A stretch of 63,999 bases of DNA from Sporopachydermia quercuum (Eukaryota): the NCBI GenBank assembly GCA_001599295.1, contig BCGN01000006.1, positions 744,001 to 807,999 of the forward strand, read 5' to 3'. The notes under the pieces are model-generated. The model saw nothing but the letters and a program-made list of their open reading frames with translations, made no database searches and was not told where the DNA came from. The translations under genes and the position numbers were made by a program. Positions 41,015 to 54,081 of the stretch are shown piece by piece. The stretch's first letter is position 1; the number at the start of each line of letters is the position of its first letter.

Positions 41015-43388
41015 TCTGCTCATTGGTATTATATTAAACGTTTATTGATGCACTTGGCTACAAGCAATAAAAGTTTTGGTCCTGTATCTTGATTGATTAG
41101 CTATTTTAAATTTGTTGTAAGATAAATTGTCAGAATTCTTAAAATATTGGTCAATTGTGATCATGTATTAAGTAACATTCGTAAAAAGTAACTATCATCA
41201 GTAAAGGTTAAATTAGAATAGTTAAATTAGAATTGTGTTAATCTGTCTTATTACCTGTTCTGTTTGATCATNGATGTATATTAACAAAAAGTACATATAA
41301 TCATAATAACTCAACTCAATAATGAGGATCAATCAAAGCATCGGACAATTTTCAGCAAGTTAATCATTTACACACCCATTAATTATCTTCCTATCAACGT
41401 TCTTTTTCACTCCAGGTACTTTTCTAATACTATATGATACGCTCTTTTTTCCCTAGTTCATAATAAGAGAATCCCATCTATAATGCGTCTTGCATATCAC
41501 ATGAACGACTTCTATAGATATTAATGATTTTCACAGTATTTGCAATATTCACATGACGCTTTGATAGTTACAAGAAAATTCAAAGCCGATAAAGTCAAGC
41601 ATTTCAGGTCACTTGCAATACAATCTAGAGTTTCTCTAGACCCCTTAAAGATGTTAAGTTAACTCTAGACCCGCAGACGAATTTATATCAAGTTAACCGT
41701 TCATCCTAGATGTTTACGATAATCATTATAATTTTAGAAGTGTACAGAATAAATATAGCAGATTGACATAAGATTGACATAAGATTTCATTTCAAAGGTA
41801 AATTGCAGTTAGAAGACGGAATGGTATGATGAGTTCTCCTTCAGGAACAAAACTTTACAGGAAGAAGAAAGGTTCGTGGACAATTGAGTAAGATGAGCAA
41901 ACGCGATGATTTGTCACCAATTCAATCAGATGGATTTCCTATACAGGTCTCTCATCTCATTTGGTACCTGAAAGGGGATCTCATTACCTTTGTCCTTACT
42001 GTTTCATTACTTCTTGATGATAGTGCCTCAGACAAGAATTTGCCCCTGAAGTAGAATTTCTCTAAAGTGGCATGAACAACTCAGAAAGGGTTGTTTTTGA
42101 CGTTAATAGTAGACTGTATTGGTTTTCTACTAAGGATTTACAATGCTAGTGTTCTAATTTATGATATATAAAGCAGGTTTTGTAGGTTATTCGAAGATTG
42201 ACCATTCAAGGATTCGGTTGCAAACGCATGTGTTCAGTGATTAAGCGACATTAATTTCATCATAAAGCATAAGGTATGTTTCCTAAATGAAAAGATACCT
42301 TTTTCTTATTGGGAATAATCGGACTTCATTAGGAATTAGCCTTTTGTTGAAGTATTTTTATTTAGCTGAATTTACTGTTCAAATTCTGTAAGTGCCCAGC
42401 CAAGAGGATTAATATTGGGAATACAGTAGCTTAGGCCATCAAAATACTATTCAGAATTAAGGTGTCATGTTTAATTGAAGAGCAAATGAAAATGTGTTGT
42501 TTAGATCCAAAAATATCAACGTATAGTCTAGAACGGGGGAGCTCGTATTTTCGCAGTTTCAATCTCCCAGGTTTACAGAATTTGGTTGGTCGGCTTTTGT
42601 TTAAACTTGAGTGCAAGGCTTAAGAATGAGAAAATAGAACACTAAGTGGGCAAAACGTCCAAGTTTTGCTATAGTTGTATGTTATTTTCGGTATTTCTGC
42701 TGACATTTTAACTATAAACCTTAACCTGCTTATAGTTAAGGTTGTGTAAATGTTTTTAGGCAAGTTTTAGCCAAAAACTCTATTTTGAACGTTACTTTTA
42801 GAGTTTGTTTATCCTCATATTTGAAATTATAGGATCTCGCTTCCAAGCATCTGAGGAACCAGAGCGATGGGGTCAATTCCATGCCTATACTACTTATATG
42901 TTGTTGATTATGAATTTATTTCGATACATATGATACCAGGTTTGGTTAACAAGAGAAGACGAAATAAAATAACTTTATAAGTGTGGGCGAAATATTATTA
43001 AGATCTCTTGGATATAAAGACTAAACATCAATTTTTTGTGCTGTCTACGGCCATTGACTTGAACAGATAGTTCTAAACAAAGTCGTAGCAAAATAAACTC
43101 CTTCCCTTTTTTATTTTATTATATTGTTAAGCAGCTAAACGATTACTATGGTCGAAGTGTCTCCTGTCAAATGGATCACTAGATATACAGTAGAAGGCCA
43201 TGCCATAGAGCTTTCAGCCAATGTTGAATTAGTATTTTTTCAATTATTTCCAACTATATATACATAATTTCAATATAACTACAGCTTGTTACAGTTTGCC
43301 CAAACAGTCTTTTCAAGTAAATAGGGCAGAAGAATTTTCAAGCACATTCTATGCACTTAGCAACTTCTTTCACTCATCTAGCTTGTTG

Positions 43389-43431
43389 TGAGATTACTAC
43401 CTATTCAATAGAGGATTAGGTAGTAATCTCA
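43389..43431. repeat. Perfect 15-bp inverted repeat with 13-nt spacer
   Basis: TGAGATTACTACCTA (43389-43403) and TAGGTAGTAATCTCA (43417-43431). Confidence 0.9.
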
Positions 43432-44002
43432 ATAAAATGATTACTTGTATATTATTGGTTACAACCTTTAACCCATAGTCCTGGTTTAGCACTCTCAATC
43501 GTTTAGCGTAAGAAACATGTGCAACAGTGACCCATTATTGCTCTAACTATTTGAGAGAATTCCCAATATGTGCCAGTGTTTTGAATTGACGAAATATTTA
43601 TTAGATGAGATTTAATTTAAATTAAAGACTAAATTCATAACTAATCAGAAAACTAGTTGATTGGTAGTAGTGATTCCATTGTTTTGAATTAAAGGGATTC
43701 AAATTGGTGGTCCTATTTGATCAAACAATTAATGAGGTTAGGGATGAGAAGAGTGATTTATTGGATGCTATTATTTTTAAGAATAAGCAATCCTCGACAA
43801 TTTTGTTTACATATTGAAGTCATTTAATCAATTGTACAAATAAATGCGTATATTTTGGTAAAATATAATGATCACTTTTAACGAAGCATTCCTTATTCTA
43901 ATTCAATAAGTGTATAACCAACAAATGAATTACATTAAGNTCATCTTTGNTTAATCGGATGAACTTGAAACATATCAATTAATTGATTCAATTCTAGAAT
44001 AA

Positions 44003-44026
44003 AAGCCATAATACATATTATGGCTT
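44003..44026. repeat. Near-perfect palindrome with 11-bp arms
   Basis: AAGCCATAATA-CA-TATTATGGCTT. Confidence 0.85.
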
Positions 44027-46956
44027 CAATATATTGTATAGAAACTAATCCAGCTAATCGTAGATAGTCTATTGGAAATCTAGTGGTTTACTCCAAGACG
44101 CATGAACATATATATCTCATCAAAGTAGCAACTACATTCGAAGCCACTATAACTAATTTTCTGTCTACATGTACCATAGTAATATGCAAAGTAATTATGA
44201 ACTATGTAAATATTTCTCAGCTAGTAATGTAAATCTCATTACAACTATTAGTTACTACCTCTCCTTTGTGAGTTTAAACTCCAGTTCCTGAATAGGAAGG
44301 TCAAATTTCTTTCGAGGCAATATTTGACTTAAACTTCTCATACCTGTTTTGGGAACCAAGGCAACCTTATCTTGTATCAAAATAAAGTTAGAGGTTAGAA
44401 CAGCCATTTCATTAACCGAAATCAATGAGGAATACTTAACACAAACATGCAAAATACAATGTTAGTAATCTTGGATAGATGTATTCCATTTTCTTGGATA
44501 TTCTATCATATTCGGAAATTACATGAGAAACAGAACTAAGATTTCATGTCTCAAATGCAATCGATACAAGGGACCCAACCTATTTTTTCTTTTTAATTAG
44601 CTAATCATAATCAAAAATTAAGAATATAACCGTTCATTTGAAATGGTGACAAGATTCCAGACAGTTTTACAAAGCGAAAATTCTCATTGAATACATCAAT
44701 GAAATAAAAATACTAATTACACAGTTTAACTCATGGTGTATTGAATACTTAAAGGCCAAAAACACCACATTTGATCATCGAAAATAAGAGCTTTAGATAT
44801 ATATATCGAATATGTTCTTTATTACAAGGCTCCTCCACCTTAGCAGAAAATTCGGAGAGAATCGGTAATTATTTGATTGAGTTTTTATAAAGCCGTATGG
44901 TAGATAGAATTGAGTGAAGTTCTTTCTTAAAAGCATAAGGTTAGCCACACTTGATTGCAAATTAAAGAATTGACGAGTACATGTTTAGGACACATTTTTT
45001 AGACGTAACTACAACGAGGAATAAAAACGGTTAGATAACATGAGCTGTATACTTTGGGAAAAAAATGTAATAAGTGAAGTAAGGGAGAAGCTGTTATTCA
45101 TGTTCTAGAGCAGGGAACAGAACGCCAAACAATTGTTATTGGCCTTTAGTTAGCACCAGTACTCTGGTAAAATGCCATGTAACGTTAACCATCTTCAGTA
45201 CATATTAATACTTTTTTTAGTTATAACTGACTTGAAATATTAAATTGATAGGCTATATGGTGCAATTAAAATTTGTAGATAAGTGGGAAATCAAAAATTC
45301 TGGTATTGTAATCTTGCGTTATGGGATAACTTATGCCATCTGAATCCCGTGCCTCTACATCGTTTCACTTAGGTTAGTTCACAGATTGACTGAAATTAAT
45401 AATATGGTAAAACATAAAATGAAAATTCAAACCTTATTGTGCTATATAGTGAAATTACTCTTTTCATGCGTAGTTACATCCTAATTGGACCTAACTATGA
45501 GCACCAGATAGGCTGTGCCTATATTTAATGTATATAGTTTATGAACCCTGACGTTGAATAAACTTGTCCCTCTTACGTGAAAACACGACAATTACACGTG
45601 AATTCTTTAGTATTTCAAATCCAGGTTTTCTTATGACACTCTTCCAACTGTTCTATGAATTCATAATACCATACTATATTCTATGAACAGATAGATATCC
45701 ACATTTTCTTAAATTAAAAATGGAAGATGGCTGCAAAAAGTTATTTTTCTGTTCACGAAAATAGTTGTATTACATACATTATCATTGCCATTGCTCTATC
45801 ATTCTGACCAGCAGCTGATAAATGCCTTTATGTCTTATTATTTTGTAGTATGTCATGAAGAATATTTGAATCTTAAAGCTGTTTTGTCCTATTTCTAAAG
45901 CTCCATTTGTAGGTGGTGAATCTTTGAAATAGGAAGGATAAATAGAAAAGGCATATGCTCATGCATATTTGTACATGTCTTGTAGAGGGTTTCTAGTCGA
46001 AAATAAAGTTGTTCAAAAAGTTAACCTGAATAACTTGAAATTCTTTAATTTTCTTCTTCAAAGCTCTACATACAACAAACCTACAACTGTGTATGCAGTT
46101 GAATGGGAGTTCTTTCTTATTGACAGAACAGGGTTTCGTAAAGGCAATTCAAAATATTCTGGTCAATTACGAAGATTAGCCTTACATTCATAAAAAGAAT
46201 TATGTGAAGGAAGAGCTTTCTTATTACATCCATCATTCTATTCATATCTACTTCATCAAGAATACTCTTCTCATCCTCAAATTCAATCAATACCATGGAA
46301 CTTGTTCAATCCAATGGTCAAACATCGATCGACATGTCTACCTAAGCACAAGAACCCTGAACAATATTTAGCTTCATTGTGCTTAACGCCTGAACTATCA
46401 TAGTATATTTTCGTGTGAAATACATATCAGTTATTCCTTTAAAATTTTTATAGGAAATGTCTTTCAATGTTCATTAGCTCATCTACATACTTCATCCCAT
46501 TTTGGTGATACTAACAATCGATTAGGAAAGGCTCTATCACTTTTGGGAGAAACATTTAACTTTTTAATTCGGTTAATAATGTTTCATTAAACAATTTTCA
46601 GTCTAGGCCCTCTAAGTTAGTATTGGAAGACGAAAATTAAGGTTTGAAATAACAAAAGCCAAAGGCTCTTTTAAGGTTATACACTATGATTAATTTTTTC
46701 TATTAACTGAATTTCTCTATTTCTCTTGATTCATATAGTTACATCTTAGGATACCACTTCTCGTGCTGGCTAGAGTCTAAAATAATATATATACAGGGAT
46801 AGATCCCCCAAGTTTTCAAGTATTTCATTTTCTTCCTTTCTCTACTCTTTTTGTTCCCTTTTTAACTATCAATCATCCATTAACAGTATCTCAGCAAGAT
46901 TCAAGAAATTTGTGTTGCAAGCCAAGTATCTTCGTTCGTTAATTAAATCATTCAAA

Positions 46957-47196
46957 ATGCAATTCAAAGTCCAAGCTCTTATCTTCTTGCTCCTCAGCTA
47001 TGTTATGGCTGTTTTCGCTCTCCCTGAAGCTATCACTTTAGCTCCAAGAGCTGTCACCACCGTTGACATTAACCTTGGTACCACCGTTACTATTTGGGAA
47101 ACTGTAACTGTGTGGGTCACCATCACCAGATGGCATACTGTCCAATCTACTATCACTCTTCCTTACATTCCTACTAGTTCTAATTCAAGTGCTTGA
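46957..47196 (+). CDS. Small secreted Thr/Val/Trp-rich protein of unknown function (79 aa)
   Basis: AAAATG start at 46957; signal-peptide-like MQFKVQALIFLLLSYVMAVFA; short spacer ending in APR; three TxTxWx hexamers. Codons typical of highly expressed yeast genes (GCT, GTC/GTT, ACC/ACT, ATC, TTC). TATATATA at 46786-46793 followed by a pyrimidine tract. Confidence 0.75.
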   Translation: MQFKVQALIFLLLSYVMAVFALPEAITLAPRAVTTVDINLGTTVTIWETVTVWVTITRWHTVQSTITLPYIPTSSNSSA

Positions 47197-49312
47197 ATGA
47201 TTTAGAAGTGATTTGATGATACCTTGCTGAAGATGTTGGAGTATGACTGGGGGAATCGATAAGGATATTGCTGTGTTTCAGGCAAAACATTGTGGAAGGT
47301 GTAATGCAAGATAATCATTGCTTTCATCCTATTGATGTTAACGAGTCGAGTGTTTTTTGTGTATTATAGGTCGTTGCATGCATATAAGTCGGAGTTTCAC
47401 TTTAACTTACAACTTTCATTTCTGGTTCTCGGTCACTGTGATCGTGCTTTATAATCTAAATTTAATGGCTGGTTTACAATAAATTTTCATAATACTGATA
47501 ATTCTATAGTTGAATTGTGGGATCGGGATCCATTGTAGGATTTGTGCAATAGATGAGTTTCTGCTGCGTAGGTCAATTCGATGGAAGGTTAGTGAGGTGC
47601 TGCAAGTAGCCGAGAGACTAAGTAAACTTTAGTTGTAATTGGGTTTTGGTATGCTAAGCATTTTAAGCCTCTCAAACTTTATTGTGAATTCCAGTGGACG
47701 CGTGTTGCCTGTTAGTTTATAAGCAGATCTTATCGTTCAACAAAAGAAACTGAATACTAGCTAAAAAAATCCAAAATTATTTTTCTTTTTTTAAATTGAA
47801 CTAACTATGGATTGAAATATTAAAACGTCAGCTTCTTTCTTTCCTTTCCCTTTCAGTAAAGAAAGGTGTAGAAGGTTTTTCTGAAAGTTTGAAAGAAAGA
47901 GTATATTCAGGCAACCAGCCTTTTTTTAGGACGCTATAGATAATTAATCGGTGGTATCTCTTTCTGATAACTTTTGCATTGATAAATATAACTTTGAGTT
48001 CAACCTAAACCGTAACCTTAAAAAAATTATATGATAAAACTTGAGTAGTTTAAGAATACCAAACTAGGTATTTACATACGTTAATCAATGAGGAAAGGCA
48101 GAATGATGATATACTGGTAAAAAATAATATTATCTCCAAGTAATCCGATTAATTAATCACTTAACTATATATAGTTTTTGAGGTAAGTAATGCCTTGGCC
48201 TTGCCATGTGTTTATCAACAATTTTCGTCACTTTCAGAAAGAATGAGCAGAAACAGGAGATGATATACCGATCGCCACGATTCATAGTTTGTTGGATCAT
48301 AATATAGTTGATTGTATGTGATTCTCACATTACTCTTGATAGAAAATTAACAGGAAAGCACGTTTCGATTCATTTAATTGATTGCAAATCAAGAATCCTT
48401 GTCTGCTGATGAAAGTGAACTGTTAGTGTAGATGTTTACGTGGAAAAGCTCATTCAATAAAACTTTGAAGAAAAGTCAAATAACAAAATCAACGATTAAG
48501 TCTTTCTCATCAGTCGAATAAAACATTTTCCAGAATTCCTGATTACACACTTGTTTGTCTGATTGAAATATCAATGCAGATTTAACAGAAAATTCAAGGT
48601 TAGTTTTAGGTTTGAATTTTGTAGAGTTAGTAGTAGGTTATTCTACCAATTATGCTGGCGGTTCAATTCAATTGAAGACTATTGAACTTCATGGAAATAC
48701 CAGACTCATCAACAATTTTTATCTTAATCGCGCAATTCAATTGTAATACTTATAATTCATTTTAGATCTTGTTTAAGCTTTACATTTCTGTAGTTATGAA
48801 GGTTTTCGGTTGTCTCTCTCAGCAAATCTGTCTCAAATATCGAATATCTCTCTCTTCCTTTGCATTACAACATTCATTGGCGTAAACCTAGTCTAATGAA
48901 TCACAACCAAGGCCTACAGGCAGAACTCCCTTCACTTTCAGCTAAAATGTTCTACATAAGTTGATCAAAAACAATTCAGGTGTTTGAGCTCAAGGATCAA
49001 ATTGCTACAGTTCACATTTTTTTTGTAATCAATACAGGTTTATTATTCATCAAGCATTAACAATAATAGAAGAGAAAAGGTAAAAAATAATCTACCTTTA
49101 AAATCCTCATACGATTCAAGTAAAATCGTGAACAATCATAAAACAAAAACATAAAATAGAAAATAGAAAATTATAATAGGAACAGAAATAACCACTATAA
49201 TGTTCTGATATAATAGACAAGATCGGTAAAAAGAAGACTGGTGTCGGAGCCAATAGAACTTTAGAGGCCATTCACCTTCATTCAGAGATATTGTAAGTAT
49301 GATCAACAATCC

Positions 49313-50905
49313 TTATGAAATGATAAATCCTTCATAATTATTCTTAGCACACTTAGCTAATCTATGACGATAGTCAGGTAATCCACCTAAATAGTTCAAA
49401 GGTTCAATCTTCTTACCAGGAATGTTAGCACCCATATACCAGGACTTAGCTTTGGGGAATAATGATTTATTAGTCAACTCGATATTTCTATTGGTCCACT
49501 CTTCCTCATATTCTTCTTGAGGACTGATTTTACTCTTACCAGAATCAAGGACATCTTTAATCAATTTAACAATAAATATGCCTTGACCCTCAACACAACT
49601 TGGACCATTACAGAAAGCAGTTGGTGCTTGAGGACCATAAGTATAGAACATATTAGGGAATCCAGCAACACTCAAACCGTAAGAAGTTTGAAGACGCTCA
49701 GCCCATTTATCCTTAAGTTTGAGGCTATTCTCACCTTCGATGTCAATTTGATTATAACTACCAGTTAAAGAGTCAAATCCTGTAGCTAAAACTAATAGAT
49801 CGAATTCAATTTCTGTACCGTCTTTCAGAATTGCACCNTTTTCTTTGAAATCAACAATTGGATTAGCATTCCAATCAACAACATCAACGCTATCACTATT
49901 GAAACATTCATAAAAATTTTGTTCCAGTGATGGTCTCTTAGTACCAAAAGGATGAGGTTGTATCTTGGGAGCTAAGATTTCTCTCTTCCTTGGATCCTTG
50001 ACTCTTGCTGCTGTCTTTCTTTGCCAATAGTCATAAGCAATATCATTTGCTTTTTGATCAAATAAAATATCATTATAAGTAGCAAGCCAAAATTCGAATC
50101 CACCAGCAGAAAACAAATCATCAAAGAACTTTTCTCTCTGTTCTGGTGTATCTTCAAAAACACTCTTCGAAGAGAAATCAAATTGCATACCACCAAATGT
50201 ATCTAATCTGTCCTCATAGAATTTTTCATTCTTACCTGGTTGTTTATCGTTAGGACCATACTTTTCTTGTTGCATTGGTAAACATAAGTTAGGAGTTCTT
50301 TGGAAAACAGTAACTTCCTTAGCAACTTCTGCAGCTTCTTGAGTTACTTGAATACCTGTTGAACCAGTACCAATTATAGCAATCTTTCTGTTAGTCATAT
50401 CAACCCCTTCTAAAGGCCAGTCAGAAGTATGATAACACTCACCTTGGTAATTATGTAAACCTTTGAAGTTAGGGACAAATTTCTTAGCAGCAAACCCAGT
50501 ACAAGGTAAGAAGAAAGTAGCAGTAGCATGGACACCATCTTGGGTGTGAATATGCCATTTATTTTCGTGGCTCTTATAATGAGCAGCAGTGACAAAACTA
50601 TTAAGGGTGACATCAGGCCAAAGATTCAATGTATCACCAGCAAATTTGAAATATTTCTGAAGTTCAGGCCAAGCAGGATATTTTTCAGACCATTTCCAAG
50701 ACCAAAGCTTTGGATTTGATAACTCATAAACAGGAATTGACGAGTCAACTCTTGCTCCTGGATAGCGGTTATGACACCAGGTGCCACCTAGCATTTCACC
50801 AGAATCAAAGATATGAACTTTGAGTCCTAATTCTCTTAATTTATCTAAGAAATAGATACCGGAGAAACCAGCTCCAATAATAATAACATCGTATTCATCA
50901 ACCAT
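49313..50905 (-). CDS. Type I Baeyer-Villiger monooxygenase, cyclopentanone 1,2-monooxygenase-like (530 aa, intronless)
   Basis: Two Rossmann motifs (GAGFSG, GTGSTG); BVMO fingerprints GGTWCHNRYPGARVD and YQGECYHTSDWP; QRTPNL, PHPFGTKRPSLEQ, ATGFD, GPQAPTAFCNGP and SWYMGANIPGK resemble the CPMO/CpnB clade. Confidence 0.93.
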   Translation of the reverse strand: MVDEYDVIIIGAGFSGIYFLDKLRELGLKVHIFDSGEMLGGTWCHNRYPGARVDSSIPVYELSNPKLWSWKWSEKYPAWPELQKYFKFAGDTLNLWPDVTLNSFVTAAHYKSHENKWHIHTQDGVHATATFFLPCTGFAAKKFVPNFKGLHNYQGECYHTSDWPLEGVDMTNRKIAIIGTGSTGIQVTQEAAEVAKEVTVFQRTPNLCLPMQQEKYGPNDKQPGKNEKFYEDRLDTFGGMQFDFSSKSVFEDTPEQREKFFDDLFSAGGFEFWLATYNDILFDQKANDIAYDYWQRKTAARVKDPRKREILAPKIQPHPFGTKRPSLEQNFYECFNSDSVDVVDWNANPIVDFKEXGAILKDGTEIEFDLLVLATGFDSLTGSYNQIDIEGENSLKLKDKWAERLQTSYGLSVAGFPNMFYTYGPQAPTAFCNGPSCVEGQGIFIVKLIKDVLDSGKSKISPQEEYEEEWTNRNIELTNKSLFPKAKSWYMGANIPGKKIEPLNYLGGLPDYRHRLAKCAKNNYEGFIIS

Positions 50906-53900
50906 TGTGATAGTATATTGTTGTCGTAGTAGTGATTGTAGTGATAGTTGTAGTTTACTGTTAACTATAGATAAACTAATGTTTATTTGCTTTGATCTTC
51001 TGATCTTGTAACTTAGATNTATTGATGGTTATCTCAAGTACTATTTGATCTAATTAAAGATTTACTAATAAATTTCATCTCCCTTCAAAATCTTTAATCT
51101 AAATGGTAGGATACTTTTCACCTTATATACCTTTGGTGTGCTTTCTGACGAAAGGTGAATCTTATGGCTATTTTCAGCATTTTCTTATATTATACTAGAA
51201 CAATAAAGCATTTTTTGATTCACTATAACTAATAAGCTCGGAGACTTCTAATGCGATTACTTGCTTCACCAAATACTGCTTTGGTTTCTCCAACACACCA
51301 AGCTTCCATCTATAGTAAACGATTCGTACATTACCTCATCTCAGTTGGCTGGTACACATGATCAAACTAAAACTGATGATATGATAAAACAAACCTGGGG
51401 TAAATGTATGGGATTTTTGAACGAAAAAGCTTAAAAGTAGGTTTGAGATTCTTTGTTTCATGGTAAATTAAAGGAAAGAAGTCGCTTCGTTGCAAAGTTC
51501 ATCGGGAGCATGGCAGTAGAAGCAATTAAGGTTTCAGCGAAGATCTACTTCCCGTTCGAAACTCAAAGTTCAATTTGGATATAGTACAAGTGCTTTTCAA
51601 TTAATGCTAAGTGCATGATTATTAAAATAATCAAATTCCTTTTTCTCATATTATAATACGATATAACGGTATATGATAGCGGAAAACCAAGTNTTCAGGA
51701 ATAGTATGTGAGATTTCACTCCTCAACAATTTTAACTAGCATTTGAATTATGAAGAACGTAGAAAAAGGGTTTCTTAAACTCAATCTCGTAAATGTTCAT
51801 ATAAGGCAAGTGTTTTCTAAAGTTCACTAACCTCATCTCTTTAATTTCGTATGAGATTCGTCCATAATGAAATTTACCATTTAGGAATATGTAATCAATT
51901 ATGATCATAAAGGACTAAAGCAACATGATTTTTTTAACATTATCACGGTCCTGCGACACGTTAGAAAATATTAAGGTGTTTCAAAAAAGCCAATCTCCTT
52001 TTTTATTGATAGCAATTTGTTTGACTGGAAGGTAATGAATGTTCTGTTCTACTGTACTCTGTTTTTTCCCAAAAATTTTCAAATTTTTATTCCTATCTTC
52101 CTCTCGAATCATACGAAACTTTTACAGATCTCGTACTGAAAATGTAGGATGGAAAAACTGAATACGGAAGTAAATTATTGATGATGTGATCAGTATTTCC
52201 ACTTTTATACATAGGAGCAATCATCAGGATCCTGTAGTTCACCATGAGATTGCTAGTCTTCAATATTATTTCCCATGTAGGGATCATCACGATTTACAAA
52301 AAATTATAACATGATACTAAATTGTGTATAATAGCTACATAAATTTATAATATCAAATAATTCAATCGTATGATAACCTGTTGCTAAGTATCAATGTGAT
52401 GTTAATGTCCTTTCAATCAAGCAGGGACAGCCCCTCCAAGACAAGATACCAGTAAAGTTTTCTGCACCACAGCAATTCTTACAACTTACTCCTCCTTCAG
52501 AAACAAAACTGTCAACTTTATGTTCCAATTCAAGCTTTATGAAGTAAAATACATTCTTGAGGTTATCGGAATATCCGCTCCGATCATACTCTTCAGTACA
52601 AGATACCAAATACCAAACTAAGATTGCTTTTACGCTATCTTCCCCGCACTTTCTCGGAAAAAATGATGTTCTATCTTCTAATACTCTTTGAGGCTCATTT
52701 ACAATCCCCTGAATGTTTTTAACTATTCTAATTTGGCGATCATTTAATTATATTCTTTATAGTTCAATTTGTTATTCGCCGTTTTTCAATATCTACCAAT
52801 TTTCAAGGTAATTATTCATTATCTAGTTGATCAGCATATTATATTGATCATGGTTCCCATTCTTTGGCGCAGAACGGCTGGATCAACTCTCTCTGCTATA
52901 CTTCTATAGATTCGGATGTATAGATAATAACTATCAGACTGCTTTAGATTATAAGTTATGTAACCCTGGTGAGGTCAAGTAATTATTTCTTGATTATATG
53001 ACTATTCTTTCAACTTGTCTCTCATTCCATTTGATCCATTATTCCAATATCTTACTTTTCCATCTATCAAACCCTTGAGTAAGTCGGTCAGTTAGTGCAG
53101 TTTGTCCCTTAAAAATAGTACGTATCTCTTTACTAAAAGAGAATTACGAGAACAGTAGGGGAAACTAAATACGAATGCTAAACCATGTGCTTCAAGATGG
53201 GATGGTCAACTCCGAGGAGAAATCTATAGCAGTAAAGAGTAGAAAAGATATACTGATTATAATTATAAACATATAGATTTTAGATGGAAATAGTTTGCTA
53301 GTATTTGAGTCAAACTTGGATGGGTTTGAATAATAGGAGAAATCGGTTGTAAGTGCAAACAAAGTATGACCGAAACTTAACAGATGCACGGCAGAAAAGA
53401 ACTAGTAATGTGGAGCGGCTTGTATAGTAGAAACATCAAACATTATTTGACTTGAAGATAATACACAATCAAACAGCTCCGCTCCATACAATGAATTCTA
53501 ATGAGGCTTTTGCTTGAAAACAATATGGAATTTTTTGTAAGAATGGCATCTCAACTATACGAACCAATGGGTCAACGAGTGTCTAGTGCATTTAACGAAG
53601 ATAACATAACATTTATCACGTAACGTTTCTCATTATATCTTTCGCTAAACAAAAATATAATTGAATAAATGTTTCCCGCTTCTCTCATATCACACACTTT
53701 TTTTGTATCCTGATCTATTCATCAATCTACAAAAAACCAAATGAGAGTCAATCAGTTTACGATTAATTCTTCTTCTTAACGTACAAGGTTCAACATTGGA
53801 TTAAGATAAACTTTATTGAGATATGTATGAACCTTATTTTGAAAACCCAGTTTCCAGACGAGGTATTTCAAATCTTGCTAACGTTCTAACATTACTTGAA

Positions 53901-54081
53901 GGTAAGTATTTAAATGGGGATTTGCCCACTTATCAACAGTTACAGTTGAACATTTTGATAATAATGAGGAAGTTTTTACAAGACTGACAATCAAGGAAAT
54001 AACCAAACTTGATGGTAATCAAATCACACACTATCGAAGCGAAGCAACTACCAATATTCTCAATACCAATTAGTCTGCACA

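Noticed and set aside
42700..48620. Scattered AACCTTAACC/GGTTAG-like motifs as telomere-like repeats
   Set aside because: Isolated, degenerate and never tandemly arrayed; cannot be told apart from background by eye.
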